From: Chloroflexia bacterium
GTDB taxonomy: Bacteria; Chloroflexota; Chloroflexia; QHBQ01; JADMIH01
Length of the DNA stretch: 35,447 bases
Direction: 5' to 3'
Assembly: GCA_035710025.1 (NCBI GenBank)
Contig: DASTEB010000441.1
Location: 1 to 35,447 of the forward strand
This document shows, piece after piece, positions 15,965 to 24,759 of the stretch. A program made the translations under genes and the position numbers. The notes below the pieces were generated by a model. The model was not told the origin of the DNA, did not search any database, and worked only from the letters and a program-made list of their open reading frames with translations. The stretch's first letter is position 1. Every line of letters begins with the position of its first letter.

Positions 15965-16951
15965 CTACAGAAGTTCCTTCACATCCTCGCGCTCCGAGAT
16001 TAGCTCCCACTGCGTGGTCTCGAGCTTCTTGTGCGCGTAGTCGGACAGCGGCACGCCTTCCACGATGGCATAGTCGCCGCTCCCGTCCGACCGTACCGGA
16101 AACGAGAAGATCAGCCCGTCGGCGATGCCGTAATTGTTGCCGTCTGAGATCACGCCCGCGCTTACCCAGTTGTCGCCCGGGGTGGGTATGATGGCGCTGC
16201 GCACGTGGTCGAGTACTGCATTGGCCGCCGATGCCGCGCTCGACTTGCCGCGCGCCGCGATGATGGCGGCCCCGCGCTTCTGCACCGTCTCGACGAACGT
16301 ATTCTCGAGCCAGTCGCGGTCGCCGATGACCTCGGGCGCCTTCTCGCCTCGTATCCGCGCGTTCTCGAAGTCGGGGTACTGGGTCGCGCTGTGGTTGCCC
16401 CAGATCGCGAGGTTGGTCACGTCGGTCACCATCGTGCCCGACTTCTGGGCAAGCTGCGCCATGGCGCGGTTCTGGTCGAGCCGCGTGAGCGCCGTGAAGC
16501 GGCTGCGCGGCACGTCGGGAGCGTGGTGCATGGCGATGAGGCAGTTGGTGTTGCACGGATTGCCTACCACGACAACGCGGATGTTCTCGGCGGCGGTCTT
16601 GTTGATAGCGCGCCCTTGGTCGCGGAAGCTGGTCGCGTTCAGCGTGAGCAGGTCCTTGCGTTCCATGCCGGGCCCGCGGGGTGTCGCGCCCACGAGCAGC
16701 GCCCAGTTCGCCCCGCGAAATGCCTCGTCGTCGCTGTCGGTCAGCGTGACGTCTCGCAGCAGCGGGAACGCGCAGTCCTCGAGTTCCATCTTCACGCCTT
16801 CGAGTGTGCTCACGAACTGCGGCACTTCTTTGATGATCAGGCTCACCGGCCGGTCCATACCGAACACCTCGCCGTTCGCGATGCGGAACAGCAGGCTGTA
16901 GGCCACTTGCCCGGCGCCGCCGGTGACTGATACTATGATCGGATCCCTCAT
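15965..16951 (-). CDS. mdh: malate dehydrogenase (about 330-aa Thermus/cytosolic-type)
   Basis: [72 protein letters not shown]. Confidence 0.95.
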   Translation of the reverse strand: MRDPIIVSVTGGAGQVAYSLLFRIANGEVFGMDRPVSLIIKEVPQFVSTLEGVKMELEDCAFPLLRDVTLTDSDDEAFRGANWALLVGATPRGPGMERKDLLTLNATSFRDQGRAINKTAAENIRVVVVGNPCNTNCLIAMHHAPDVPRSRFTALTRLDQNRAMAQLAQKSGTMVTDVTNLAIWGNHSATQYPDFENARIRGEKAPEVIGDRDWLENTFVETVQKRGAAIIAARGKSSAASAANAVLDHVRSAIIPTPGDNWVSAGVISDGNNYGIADGLIFSFPVRSDGSGDYAIVEGVPLSDYAHKKLETTQWELISEREDVKELL

Positions 16952-16989
16952 AACTTACTCCTGCTTAAAGATGTGCTGCGTTGGCGGCG

Positions 16990-18111
16990 CTAACCGCTTG
17001 CGGCTGCGAGGTGAGTGTCGGCCAGCGTTTCGGCGATCAGGAAATCAACCACCGCGTTCATGTCGCCGGTCTTACGGTATACGTCAAGCTGGCGGTCGGC
17101 CCCAGTGCCCTGCTTCAGAACTGTATGCAGGTGATTCACGGCGTCGCGGCTCCCCAGTTCGTCAACCACGTCGTCCACGAACTCCAGCAACTCAAGGGCC
17201 AATTCGCGCATCGGCACTTCGGCGCGCTTGCCGAAGTCGATCAGCATGCCGTCGATTCCGTATCGAGCGGCGCGCCACTTATTCTCCATGATGAGCGCGC
17301 GGTCGTACACGCGAAAGCCGACATTCTGTTGGCGCAGCTTGTACAGCTTGGCGACGATAGCCTGAAACAGCGCCACCAGCATGATCGAGTCGTTCGCGGT
17401 GGTCGGCATGTCGCACACGCGGAACTCGAGCGTGCTGAAGAAGGGGTGCGGGCGCAGATCCCACCAGATCTTCTTACCATTGTCTATGCAGTTAGTCTTG
17501 ATCAGCAGGTTGACGAACCCCTCGAAGTCGGACCAAGAGTTGAAGGTGGACGGTATGCCCGTGCGGGGGAACTGCTGCCAGACGATGGTGCGGTATGACT
17601 TCAGCCCCGTCACCCTCCCCTGCCAGAATGGCGAGTTAGCCGAGATCGCCAGCAGGTGCGGCAGGAAGTACCGCGCCTCGTTCATTATGTCAATCAGTAG
17701 GTCGCGGTCGGGGATGCCGACGTGCACGTGCAGCCCGAAGATCAGGATCGAGCGCACGACGTCCTGCATGTCCTCTTCGAGGATCTTGTAGCGGTCGTGC
17801 TCTGTGATTAGCTGGCTCTGCCAATGGGAGAAAGGGTGAGCGCCAGCGGCAACGATTGCAAGCCCGCTCCGGCCCGCAAGGTCACCAAGGCCCGTGCGCA
17901 GGCGGATCACCTCGCGTCGAGCGTCCTCCACCGTCTCGCAGATGGGCGTAACCGTCTCGACCATCGACTGGATCATCTCGCGCTTGATGTTCTCGGTGAA
18001 GGCAGGCTCGCCGCTGTCAAGCATCTGCTCGACATGGGGGCGCAGGTCGCGCGTCGAGGGGTCGATTATCTGGAACTCCTCTTCGACGCCTATCGTGAAC
18101 ATCTTCTGCAT
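16990..18111 (-). CDS. carboxylate-amine ligase, GCS2 / YbdK family
   Basis: 373-aa ORF. N-terminus FTIGVEEEFQIIDPSTRDL, GLHVHVGIPD, LLAISANSPFWQG, YRTIVWQQFPRTG, WWDLRPHPFFSTLEFRVCD. Confidence 0.9.
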   Translation of the reverse strand: MQKMFTIGVEEEFQIIDPSTRDLRPHVEQMLDSGEPAFTENIKREMIQSMVETVTPICETVEDARREVIRLRTGLGDLAGRSGLAIVAAGAHPFSHWQSQLITEHDRYKILEEDMQDVVRSILIFGLHVHVGIPDRDLLIDIMNEARYFLPHLLAISANSPFWQGRVTGLKSYRTIVWQQFPRTGIPSTFNSWSDFEGFVNLLIKTNCIDNGKKIWWDLRPHPFFSTLEFRVCDMPTTANDSIMLVALFQAIVAKLYKLRQQNVGFRVYDRALIMENKWRAARYGIDGMLIDFGKRAEVPMRELALELLEFVDDVVDELGSRDAVNHLHTVLKQGTGADRQLDVYRKTGDMNAVVDFLIAETLADTHLAAASG

Positions 18112-18133
18112 AAGGTGCTCCTGTTCCAGACGC

Positions 18134-19546
18134 CTACTTGCCCCGGGACACGACCATGGTCGGCACCACCGAACCTGTGCCCGCCGAGACGTTGAGAAGA
18201 GCCACTGCCGATAGCCGGGTCAGCACGCCCTGGGTATCGGTGCCGAACACGAACGGGTCGAGGTCGGCGGTCAGGTCGCGGAAGCTCACGCCGTGTTGCG
18301 CGTCGAAGTACGGGAACGACTCCTGGTCAAGCTGCACGGCCCACTGCACCACGAAGGGCGCCGCCAGGGCTTCCTTTATCGCGCGCTGCCATTCCTCTTC
18401 GCCCACCGTCCAGCCGATGGTAACGCCCTTGCCCCCGTACTCGTCGTTCGGCTTGAGCACCAGGTGTTCGCGGTTCTGCCCGATGAACTCGAGGAGGTCT
18501 ACCTGCCTACCGTTGTACGTGGTGTGCCCTTCCTGCACCTTGCGCGTCCAGGGGATGTGGCTGCGGATCACGGCAAGCTCGCGGGGCGAGAAGAGGTGCG
18601 CGTTCGCGTCGTCGTGCAGCAGGCCCAGGCTCATCTTCTTGTGAAGAATCTTAGCACGGAAGCTATTGATCACGCATACCGCGCCCGCATCGTACGCCTG
18701 TAACGTTGCTTTAGCGGCATCGGGCTTGTCCAGCAGCTCGCTCGTGAGTACCCGCTTGTAGTAGATATCGATGATGAAGTCGCCGTCGCGCAGGCGGCCG
18801 TCGCGAAACTCCAGACGGTGCGGGTCGGTGATGCGCACGTTCAATCCCTTCGAGGTGAAGTATTCCTCGAACAGGTCGAACTCCGTAGCGGTCGGCACGC
18901 CGTCCCAATCGACGATGGCGATGCTGGGGCGCTCGTTGAAATTGGACGCTCCGCGGCTGGCCCTGAACTCGCTCCAGACCGCCTCGATGGCCTGCATGAA
19001 GCGATCGCGCGCATACAGAGGCTGCAGGCTGTAGCCGTTGCGCGCCTGCCACTCGCGTATGGCGGGAAGCTCGAGGAACAGGTCGGCCAGCACGTCCTCG
19101 TAGGCGATGGCGGCGGGCGACTCGGCGTTCATCTCGACGAAGCGCCAGTCACGCTCAGACCAGAACGAGTCCAGTCGCGCGCTGGGCGACGGCTCCTCGA
19201 AGCCAGGGTCAACCATGACGAGCCGGTGCTCTTCGGGCGTGAGATCCAGCTGAGCCAGCAGCGCGGGGTCGTGCAACGCCGTGCGGCGCAGCTTGACCAT
19301 GGCAGACGCTAGCGTGCGTACCACGTCCTGAATGATAGAGTACTGTCCGGCGGTCACGAGGTGCGGCCTGAGGTAACGGCTGAAGGGGTCGCCGCCGAAC
19401 GTCAGCTTGCGCTCGCGACTCCCGCGCGCCAGCAGCTCCTGCGAATCGGCCGCCAGCTGCGGGTTGGCCGCGAGGAACTCGTGGTAGTCGTCTATGGCCG
19501 GGTGTGCGCTCTCGGCGTGAATACCGACTTGAGACGCGGGATCCAT
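18134..19546 (-). CDS. circularly permuted ATP-grasp amidoligase (CP-ATP-grasp type 2 / glutathionylspermidine-synthase-like)
   Basis: ATG 19546 with AGGAG SD 11 nt after the upstream stop; the Arg-rich extension to 19639 is an overlap artefact. The ExN metal motif (RLDSFWSERDWRFVEMNAESP) lies about 230 residues N-terminal to the nucleotide loop LVLKPNDEYGGKGV, the reverse of the classical ATP-grasp order. Confidence 0.75.
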   Translation of the reverse strand: MDPASQVGIHAESAHPAIDDYHEFLAANPQLAADSQELLARGSRERKLTFGGDPFSRYLRPHLVTAGQYSIIQDVVRTLASAMVKLRRTALHDPALLAQLDLTPEEHRLVMVDPGFEEPSPSARLDSFWSERDWRFVEMNAESPAAIAYEDVLADLFLELPAIREWQARNGYSLQPLYARDRFMQAIEAVWSEFRASRGASNFNERPSIAIVDWDGVPTATEFDLFEEYFTSKGLNVRITDPHRLEFRDGRLRDGDFIIDIYYKRVLTSELLDKPDAAKATLQAYDAGAVCVINSFRAKILHKKMSLGLLHDDANAHLFSPRELAVIRSHIPWTRKVQEGHTTYNGRQVDLLEFIGQNREHLVLKPNDEYGGKGVTIGWTVGEEEWQRAIKEALAAPFVVQWAVQLDQESFPYFDAQHGVSFRDLTADLDPFVFGTDTQGVLTRLSAVALLNVSAGTGSVVPTMVVSRGK

Positions 19547-19556
19547 TACAGCGCTC

Positions 19557-20636
19557 CTACTCGTCCTGTGCGTGCTTCTTGCCCGCCTTCTTCGACGCCT
19601 TGACCTTCTTGGCCTGCTTCTCCTCATGCGCCTCGGCAAATTCGGTGTTGGCGAATTCCTCCCAGCGTCGCGCCGGGGAGCCGGCGGGCGGCGGCGTCGA
19701 GTTGAGCCAGCGGTCCCACCGGTAGCTGGCGCCCGGCGTATATCCCTCGGTGGCGCGCTCGATCACGAGGTTGGCCATGTGTTCCACTGCCCACTCGAAG
19801 TAGCCGGGAGTCAGGGAGTGGTAATCCATGTCGGGCGCGGGGTTCAGCCAGTCGATGGCATACGGTATGCCGTCGCGCACGGCGAACTCTACCGTGTCCA
19901 TATCGTAGCCCAGGGTGGTCACTAGCGTGCGGGCGTCACGCTCGATCCGGTCGTGCAGCTCCTGCCCGAAGAAGCCCTCGTCCACCACGTAGCGCATGTG
20001 GAATGGGTTGCCCGGCTCGTACCTGATCACCTTGATGTGCTGCTGGCCGATACAAATGCAGCGCGCGTACTTCTCGTACTCAATGCCCTCCTGCAAGATC
20101 ATGCCCAATTCACCCGTCTGGTCGAACGCCCAGATCAGTTCGTCTATGCTGTTTACCTTGTACACATTCTTCCAGCCGCCGCCCCAGAAAGGCTTCATGA
20201 AAGCGGGAAAGCCCACGTAGTCGGCGATGGCGGCCCAGTCAAGCGGGTAGGTAAGGTTGCGCAGCGACTCCGCCACAACCCCTTCCACGTACGACTTCTG
20301 AGGGAGCACGATGGTCTTGGGCACGGCGATACCCTGTTTGTGTGCCAGGGCGGCCTCGAAGAACTTGTCGTCGGCGGCCCACCAGAATGGGTTGTTTACC
20401 ACGACGGTGCCGTCAAGCACGGCCTTCTTGAGGTAGGCGCGGTAGTAGGGGATCTCGTGCGAGATGCGGTCTACGATCACGGCGTAGGGGATCGTCTCGT
20501 CCATGCGCGTACCGCCGAGCATGCAAAACTCGGCTCGCACGCCCGCGCCCTTCGAGTTCACACGGTCGATGAAGGCGTGCGGAAAGGTATTCTCCCTGCC
20601 GACGAGCAAGCCGACCAGCTTCTCTTCTGCCACCAC
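19557..20636 (-). CDS. ATP-grasp domain ligase (RimK / glutathione-synthetase-like), Lys-rich C-terminal tail
   Basis: 359-aa ORF. FPAFMKPFWGGGWKNVYKV, MILQEGIEYEKYARCICIG, TVEFAVRDGIPYAIDWLNPAPD (classical order of ATP-grasp motifs). Tail EEKQAKKVKASKKAGKKHAQDE. Confidence 0.8.
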   Translation of the reverse strand: MVAEEKLVGLLVGRENTFPHAFIDRVNSKGAGVRAEFCMLGGTRMDETIPYAVIVDRISHEIPYYRAYLKKAVLDGTVVVNNPFWWAADDKFFEAALAHKQGIAVPKTIVLPQKSYVEGVVAESLRNLTYPLDWAAIADYVGFPAFMKPFWGGGWKNVYKVNSIDELIWAFDQTGELGMILQEGIEYEKYARCICIGQQHIKVIRYEPGNPFHMRYVVDEGFFGQELHDRIERDARTLVTTLGYDMDTVEFAVRDGIPYAIDWLNPAPDMDYHSLTPGYFEWAVEHMANLVIERATEGYTPGASYRWDRWLNSTPPPAGSPARRWEEFANTEFAEAHEEKQAKKVKASKKAGKKHAQDE

Positions 20637-20673
20637 GTCCTCCTTCAGCCCCGCCGGGGCCGCTCTACAGACA

Positions 20674-21387
20674 CTACAGGTACTTCAGCACCATCATCTT
20701 CCACCAGGGCCAGTCGTGCCATGCCCCGCCCCAGATGTCGAGTTGGTTCGGCACGTTCTTGGCCCACAGCTCTTGCGACAGCCTTTCTGTCGAGGCCCGG
20801 CAGATATCCTCCGAGCCGACCGCCAGAATAATGTCCTGCCGGCGCATGCGCGACAAATACCAATCGTCGTGCAGGCCGGGCAGATAGTCAACCGGGGAAT
20901 TGAAGTAAACCTCCGGGTCGTAGTCCGCCGACACCAGGAACTCCAACGAGAACGCCCCGCTCATGGCCAGGATTCGATTTACAAGGTCGGGGTGCCTGAA
21001 AGCGAAGTTTACCGCGTGATACGCCCCGAACGATGCCCCCGTCACGTTGAGGTCCTGGTACACTCGCGGGTTCTTCTCGCCGAAGAACGGGATTACCTCG
21101 TGCATCAGGTACTGCTCGTACTGGCTGTGCCGCTGCCCGCGCTCCCGCACGGGCAGATCGCGGTTGTACCACGATTCGGGGTCCACCGAGTCCACGCACA
21201 CCATCTGCAGCTGCCCGCTCTCGAAACGTTCAGCCAGGGTGCCGACCAGCGAGAAGTCCTCGTTCTGGTAGAACCGGCCCATGGAGGTGGGGAACGCGAT
21301 AACCGGGCGGCCTCCGGTGCCGAATAGCAAAAGCTCCATCTCCCTGTCGAGATGAGGGCTGTGCCACTTATGGTATTCACGATGCAT
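20674..21387 (-). CDS. alpha/beta-hydrolase, 'putative esterase' (esterase D / enterochelin-esterase) family
   Basis: I prefer ATG 21387 (MHREYHKWHSPHLDREMELLLFG..) because the TTG at 21486 coincides with a promoter -35. Nucleophile elbow VTGASFGAYHA (GxSxG). No strong SD before 21387, so the start is not certain. Confidence 0.75.
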   Translation of the reverse strand: MHREYHKWHSPHLDREMELLLFGTGGRPVIAFPTSMGRFYQNEDFSLVGTLAERFESGQLQMVCVDSVDPESWYNRDLPVRERGQRHSQYEQYLMHEVIPFFGEKNPRVYQDLNVTGASFGAYHAVNFAFRHPDLVNRILAMSGAFSLEFLVSADYDPEVYFNSPVDYLPGLHDDWYLSRMRRQDIILAVGSEDICRASTERLSQELWAKNVPNQLDIWGGAWHDWPWWKMMVLKYL

Positions 21388-21456
21388 GCGGGTAGCACCC
21401 TGGGGTATGTTGTAGACACGCGCCCGGCGTGCGTACGGCGGGCGCGAGATGGGCCA

Positions 21457-21486
21457 ATTGTAGCACGAGCGGACCTTTTCACGCAA
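21457..21486 (-). promoter_or_regulatory. promoter TTGCGT-18-TGcTACAAT of the hydrolase / ATP-grasp / GCS2 (/ mdh) operon
   Basis: Minus strand: TTGCGT (21486..21481), 18-nt spacer, TG-extended TACAAT (21462..21457). About 60 nt of leader to ATG 21387. Confidence 0.55.
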
Positions 21487-21700
21487 GACTGCGGTTTCTG
21501 TCAGAGGGGCGCCAAAGGGGCGACCTTCCCTCAGAGATCCGGATGTGGAAAAGCGAGCCGATTGCCCGTTGACGTCGTGCCCGGGATGGCATTATCATGA
21601 GGCCACTGCGGATGTGCTGAGCGTTCGCAGGACCAGAGCCTCGAAGGGACCGCAAGGTCTGTTCGGGGCTTTTGGTTGTCCCGGACCCACCGTGCGCGTG

Positions 21701-21709
21701 TGTTATAAT
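21701..21709 (+). promoter_or_regulatory. extended -10 element TGTTATAAT upstream of the response regulator gene
   Basis: TGtTATAAT at 21701..21709, 46 nt before ATG 21755. No good -35. Same TGTGTTATAAT string as at 34254..34264. Confidence 0.45.
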
Positions 21710-21754
21710 GGATAGAAGCAGGCCCCACGCCCCTATCCATCAGGACCGGTCCCC

Positions 21755-22420
21755 ATGCGCATTCTGGTGGTTGACGACGACCCCCACATCAGAGAGACCC
21801 TCAAGCGATATCTCACATACGAAGGCTACCGCGTTGACCTTGCCGAGGACGGCCGCCAGGCCCTCAACGGCATGGCAACGGAGCCGGCCGACCTGGTGGT
21901 GCTCGACGTTGGCCTGCCGGACATGGACGGGCTGGAGGTCTGCCGCCGGATTCGCGAGGCCGACGACGTCCCGATCATCATGCTGACCGCCAGGGGCACC
22001 CTTGAAGACAAGGTCGACGGGCTGGACAGCGGGGCCGACGACTACATCACCAAGCCATTCGAGCCGGAGGAATTGAGCGCCCGCATCAGGGCTTTGCTCA
22101 GGCGTAAGACGCCGCAGTCGCAGGCGCTCAGGTTCGGGCCGATCATCCTCGATCCGGCGGCTCGTCAGGTGACCGTGGATGACCGCCAGGTCGACCTTTC
22201 CAGCAAAGAGTTCGACCTGCTCGAGCTGATGATGAGGCACCCGAGGCAAGTGCTTACGCGTGAGACCTTCTACGATCGCATCTGGGGGTACGACTTCAGC
22301 GGAGAGAGCAACATACTCGAGGTGTACATCCGTTACCTCAGATCGAAGCTGGAGCCCGTGGGGGCCGCCAGGTACATCCAGACTGTGCGTGGGGTGGGTT
22401 ACGTCCTTCGCGACGACTAG
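21755..22420 (+). CDS. OmpR/PhoB-family response regulator
   Basis: MRILVVDDD, DLVVLDVGLPDMDG, ITKPF, winged-helix C-terminus IQTVRGVGYVLR. Confidence 0.95.
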   Translation: MRILVVDDDPHIRETLKRYLTYEGYRVDLAEDGRQALNGMATEPADLVVLDVGLPDMDGLEVCRRIREADDVPIIMLTARGTLEDKVDGLDSGADDYITKPFEPEELSARIRALLRRKTPQSQALRFGPIILDPAARQVTVDDRQVDLSSKEFDLLELMMRHPRQVLTRETFYDRIWGYDFSGESNILEVYIRYLRSKLEPVGAARYIQTVRGVGYVLRDD

Positions 22421-22441
22421 GGCCGGTTCGCCAACTGGCTA

Positions 22442-23947
22442 ATGAGCAAATCGCCAATGTCTCTACAGTGGAGACTCACAATCATATCGACCGCCATCAT
22501 CGCGGTCCTCATAACAGTCGTCGGTGTCCTCGCCGTGTCGACAATACGCGAGTTCCTGCTGCAGCGCGTTGACGAGAACCTCGACCAGCACACCACCGCC
22601 ATCACCCTGCGCACTATCAACATGCGACAGGAACAGAACCTGCGCGACGTGATCGACAACCCGACGATTGATAACGTGTACTATACCGTCATCAACACCA
22701 AGGGTGAGTTCGAGAGCGACAACCCGCAGGTGCCCATCAACACCGAGAACGTGGTCCGTGGTCTACAGGGCGAGGTCGTGTATGACACCCAGTACATGCC
22801 CGACGGCACGCCTATCCGCGTGATGGTGCGGCCGCTACGCTGGTCCGGCTCTAACCAGATAGCCGGAGTGCTGCAGGCCGCTACTCCCATCTCATACATT
22901 GACCAGGCGGCGCGCGAGGTTGCTGTCGTGCTCTTCTTCGTTTCGCTGCTCCTCCTCGTCGGCGCGGCTTTTGGTTCGCACTACCTGATCGGGCGCGCAC
23001 TTCGCGCGGTCGACAGGGTGACCATGACCGTGCATCAGATCGAGCAGTCGCAGGACCTCTCGCAGCGCCTGCCAGAGGTCGGCGCCGACGACGCGATCGG
23101 CACGCTGGTCAAGACCTTCAACGGCCTGCTGGCTAAGCTTCAGCGCGCATTCGAAAGCCAGCGCCGCTTCGTGGCCGACTCTTCGCACGAGCTGCGCACG
23201 CCCCTTACCGTCATCAAGAGCAATCTCCATCTGCTGCGCCAGACCAACGACCCCGACGAGCGTAACGACCTGCTCACCGTGACCGAGGGCGAAGTGTCGC
23301 GCCTCAACCGTATGGTGGACGACCTGCTGTACATGGCCCAGATGCAGGCCGGGCACGATCTCAAGCCTGTCCTCAAGCCCGTCGAGCTTGACAGCCTGCT
23401 GCTTGACGCATTTGCCCGCGTGCGGCCCCTCGCCCGGCTGAAGAAGCAGAGGCTGGCCTTCGCCCACGAAGATATCGCCGCGACCATGGGCGACCGCGAG
23501 CAGCTTCAGCACCTTCTGCTGAACTTGCTTGACAACGCCGTCAAATACACGCCTCAGGGCGGTACGATCAGCCTGGGCCTGTGGGCCGAAAGTGACTGGG
23601 CGCGCATCGAGGTGTCGGATACGGGCGCCGGAATCGCCCCGACCGATCTGCCCCACATCTTCGAACGCTTTTACCGCACGGGCAGCGCGCGCCAGAACCA
23701 GCGCAGCGGCTCGGGTCTCGGCCTGTCGATCGTCAAGGCGATTGCCGAGGCGCACAACGGCTACGTGGAGGTGTTCTCCGAGGTAGGCCAGGGCACAACG
23801 TTCAGGCTGTGGCTGCCGGCGTTACGGTCTGCCGCCGACCTGCCCCTTCTGCCCGAAGTAACGCCGGAGGCGGAGAGCACGTCCACGCCCGAGGACGGCG
23901 AGCCGGTAACGGCGCGTGCTTCGACCCATACATCAAACGAAGACTGA
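22442..23947 (+). CDS. sensor histidine kinase (2 TM, periplasmic loop, HAMP, HisKA, HATPase_c)
   Basis: TM1 LTIISTAIIAVLITVVGVLAV, TM2 VAVVLFFVSLLLLVGAAFG, H-box SSHELRTPLT, N-box LLDNAVKYT, G1 DTGAGI, G2 GSGLGLSIV. Pro/Glu/Thr-rich tail. Confidence 0.95.
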   Translation: MSKSPMSLQWRLTIISTAIIAVLITVVGVLAVSTIREFLLQRVDENLDQHTTAITLRTINMRQEQNLRDVIDNPTIDNVYYTVINTKGEFESDNPQVPINTENVVRGLQGEVVYDTQYMPDGTPIRVMVRPLRWSGSNQIAGVLQAATPISYIDQAAREVAVVLFFVSLLLLVGAAFGSHYLIGRALRAVDRVTMTVHQIEQSQDLSQRLPEVGADDAIGTLVKTFNGLLAKLQRAFESQRRFVADSSHELRTPLTVIKSNLHLLRQTNDPDERNDLLTVTEGEVSRLNRMVDDLLYMAQMQAGHDLKPVLKPVELDSLLLDAFARVRPLARLKKQRLAFAHEDIAATMGDREQLQHLLLNLLDNAVKYTPQGGTISLGLWAESDWARIEVSDTGAGIAPTDLPHIFERFYRTGSARQNQRSGSGLGLSIVKAIAEAHNGYVEVFSEVGQGTTFRLWLPALRSAADLPLLPEVTPEAESTSTPEDGEPVTARASTHTSNED

Positions 23948-23964
23948 CCCCTACGAGGAGACCA

Positions 23965-24759
23965 ATGCCCGATTTCGAGAATATCCTTCTGGAAGTGGAC
24001 GCCGAGCGCGCGGTCGCTCTGATCACCATCAACCGCCCGGACAAGCTGAACGCACTCAGCCGCCCGCTGCTCGAAGACCTGAGCGCGGCAGTCGACGCAG
24101 TAGCCGCCGACGAGCGCGTGCGCGCAGTAATCGTGACGGGCGCGGGCGGTAAGGCCTTTGTTGCCGGTGCCGATATCGCCGAAATCTCAGCGCTTGAAGG
24201 CGTCCAGGCGGGCGTCGAGTACTCGCGCTTCGGGCAGACTGTCATGCGCAAGCTGGAGCAGATGCCCAAGCCGGTAATCATGGCCATCAATGGCTACGCG
24301 CTGGGGGGCGGGTGCGAGCTGGCCCTGTGCGGCGACATCCGCATCGCCGCCGACTCCGCCCAGATCGGACAGCCCGAGATCAACCTGGGCGTCATCCCGG
24401 GATTTGGGGGCACGCAGCGCCTGGCCAGGCTGGTCGGGCGCGACCGCGCAAAGCTGCTGGTGTTCACCGGCGAGCGAGTTGGCGCCGAAGAGGCGTATCA
24501 GCTTGGCATCGTCGACCGCGTCGTGCCCGCGGCGAGCCTGATGGATTCTGCCTACGAGCTAGCCGCGACGCTCGCGGCCAAAGCCCCGCGCGCCCTCGCG
24601 CTCGCCAAAGCCGCGATCAGCGACGGGATTGACCTGCCGCTCGACGAGGCACTGCAGTTGGAGGCCGATCTGTTCGGAATGGTAGTTGACACGGAGGATC
24701 GTAGGGAAGGCACCTCGGCCTTCCTGGAGAAGCGGCAGGCGCAGTGGTCGGGTCGCTGA
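23965..24759 (+). CDS. enoyl-CoA hydratase/isomerase (crotonase) family protein
   Basis: ATG 23965 with GAGGAG SD, 18 nt after the HK stop; the track ORF from 23809 overlaps the kinase. Motifs: ITINRPDKLNAL, AFVAGADI, NGYALGGGCELALCGD, GQPEINLGVIPGFGGTQRL. Confidence 0.9.
   Translation: MPDFENILLEVDAERAVALITINRPDKLNALSRPLLEDLSAAVDAVAADERVRAVIVTGAGGKAFVAGADIAEISALEGVQAGVEYSRFGQTVMRKLEQMPKPVIMAINGYALGGGCELALCGDIRIAADSAQIGQPEINLGVIPGFGGTQRLARLVGRDRAKLLVFTGERVGAEEAYQLGIVDRVVPAASLMDSAYELAATLAAKAPRALALAKAAISDGIDLPLDEALQLEADLFGMVVDTEDRREGTSAFLEKRQAQWSGR

Noticed and set aside
19547-19639. Arg-rich N-terminal extension MPRRMRRSRPRRSRRRRRRARSTHRTSRSAV of ORF 18134..19639 (looked like a protamine-like or arginine-rich peptide)
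   Set aside because: It is the alternative-frame reading of the Lys-rich 3' end of the upstream ATP-grasp gene. An ATG at 19546 with AGGAG SD gives a normal start directly after that gene's stop.
21388-21486. 5' extension of the esterase ORF (TTG 21486, MREKVRSCYNWPISRPP...)
   Set aside because: The TTG is the -35 hexamer, and TGCTACAAT inside the extension is a good extended -10. Homologues as I recall them begin near ..EYHKW.SP.L.R.ME.
21569-21598. Second plus-strand promoter-like site TTGACG-18-TATCAT, about 180 nt upstream of the response regulator, implying a 150-nt structured leader or sRNA
   Set aside because: The match is acceptable, but the downstream 100 nt show no convincing terminator, ORF or conserved-looking fold that I can identify. 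The extended -10 at 21701-21709 is closer to the gene. Left unclaimed.
21708-21740. 8-bp inverted repeat ATGGATAG...CTATCCAT spanning the -10 and TSS region of the response regulator gene (possible operator or 5' hairpin)
   Set aside because: The 17-nt loop and short arms make it weak. OmpR-family regulators normally bind direct repeats. The left arm overlaps the -10 and so would not be in the RNA. Noted only.
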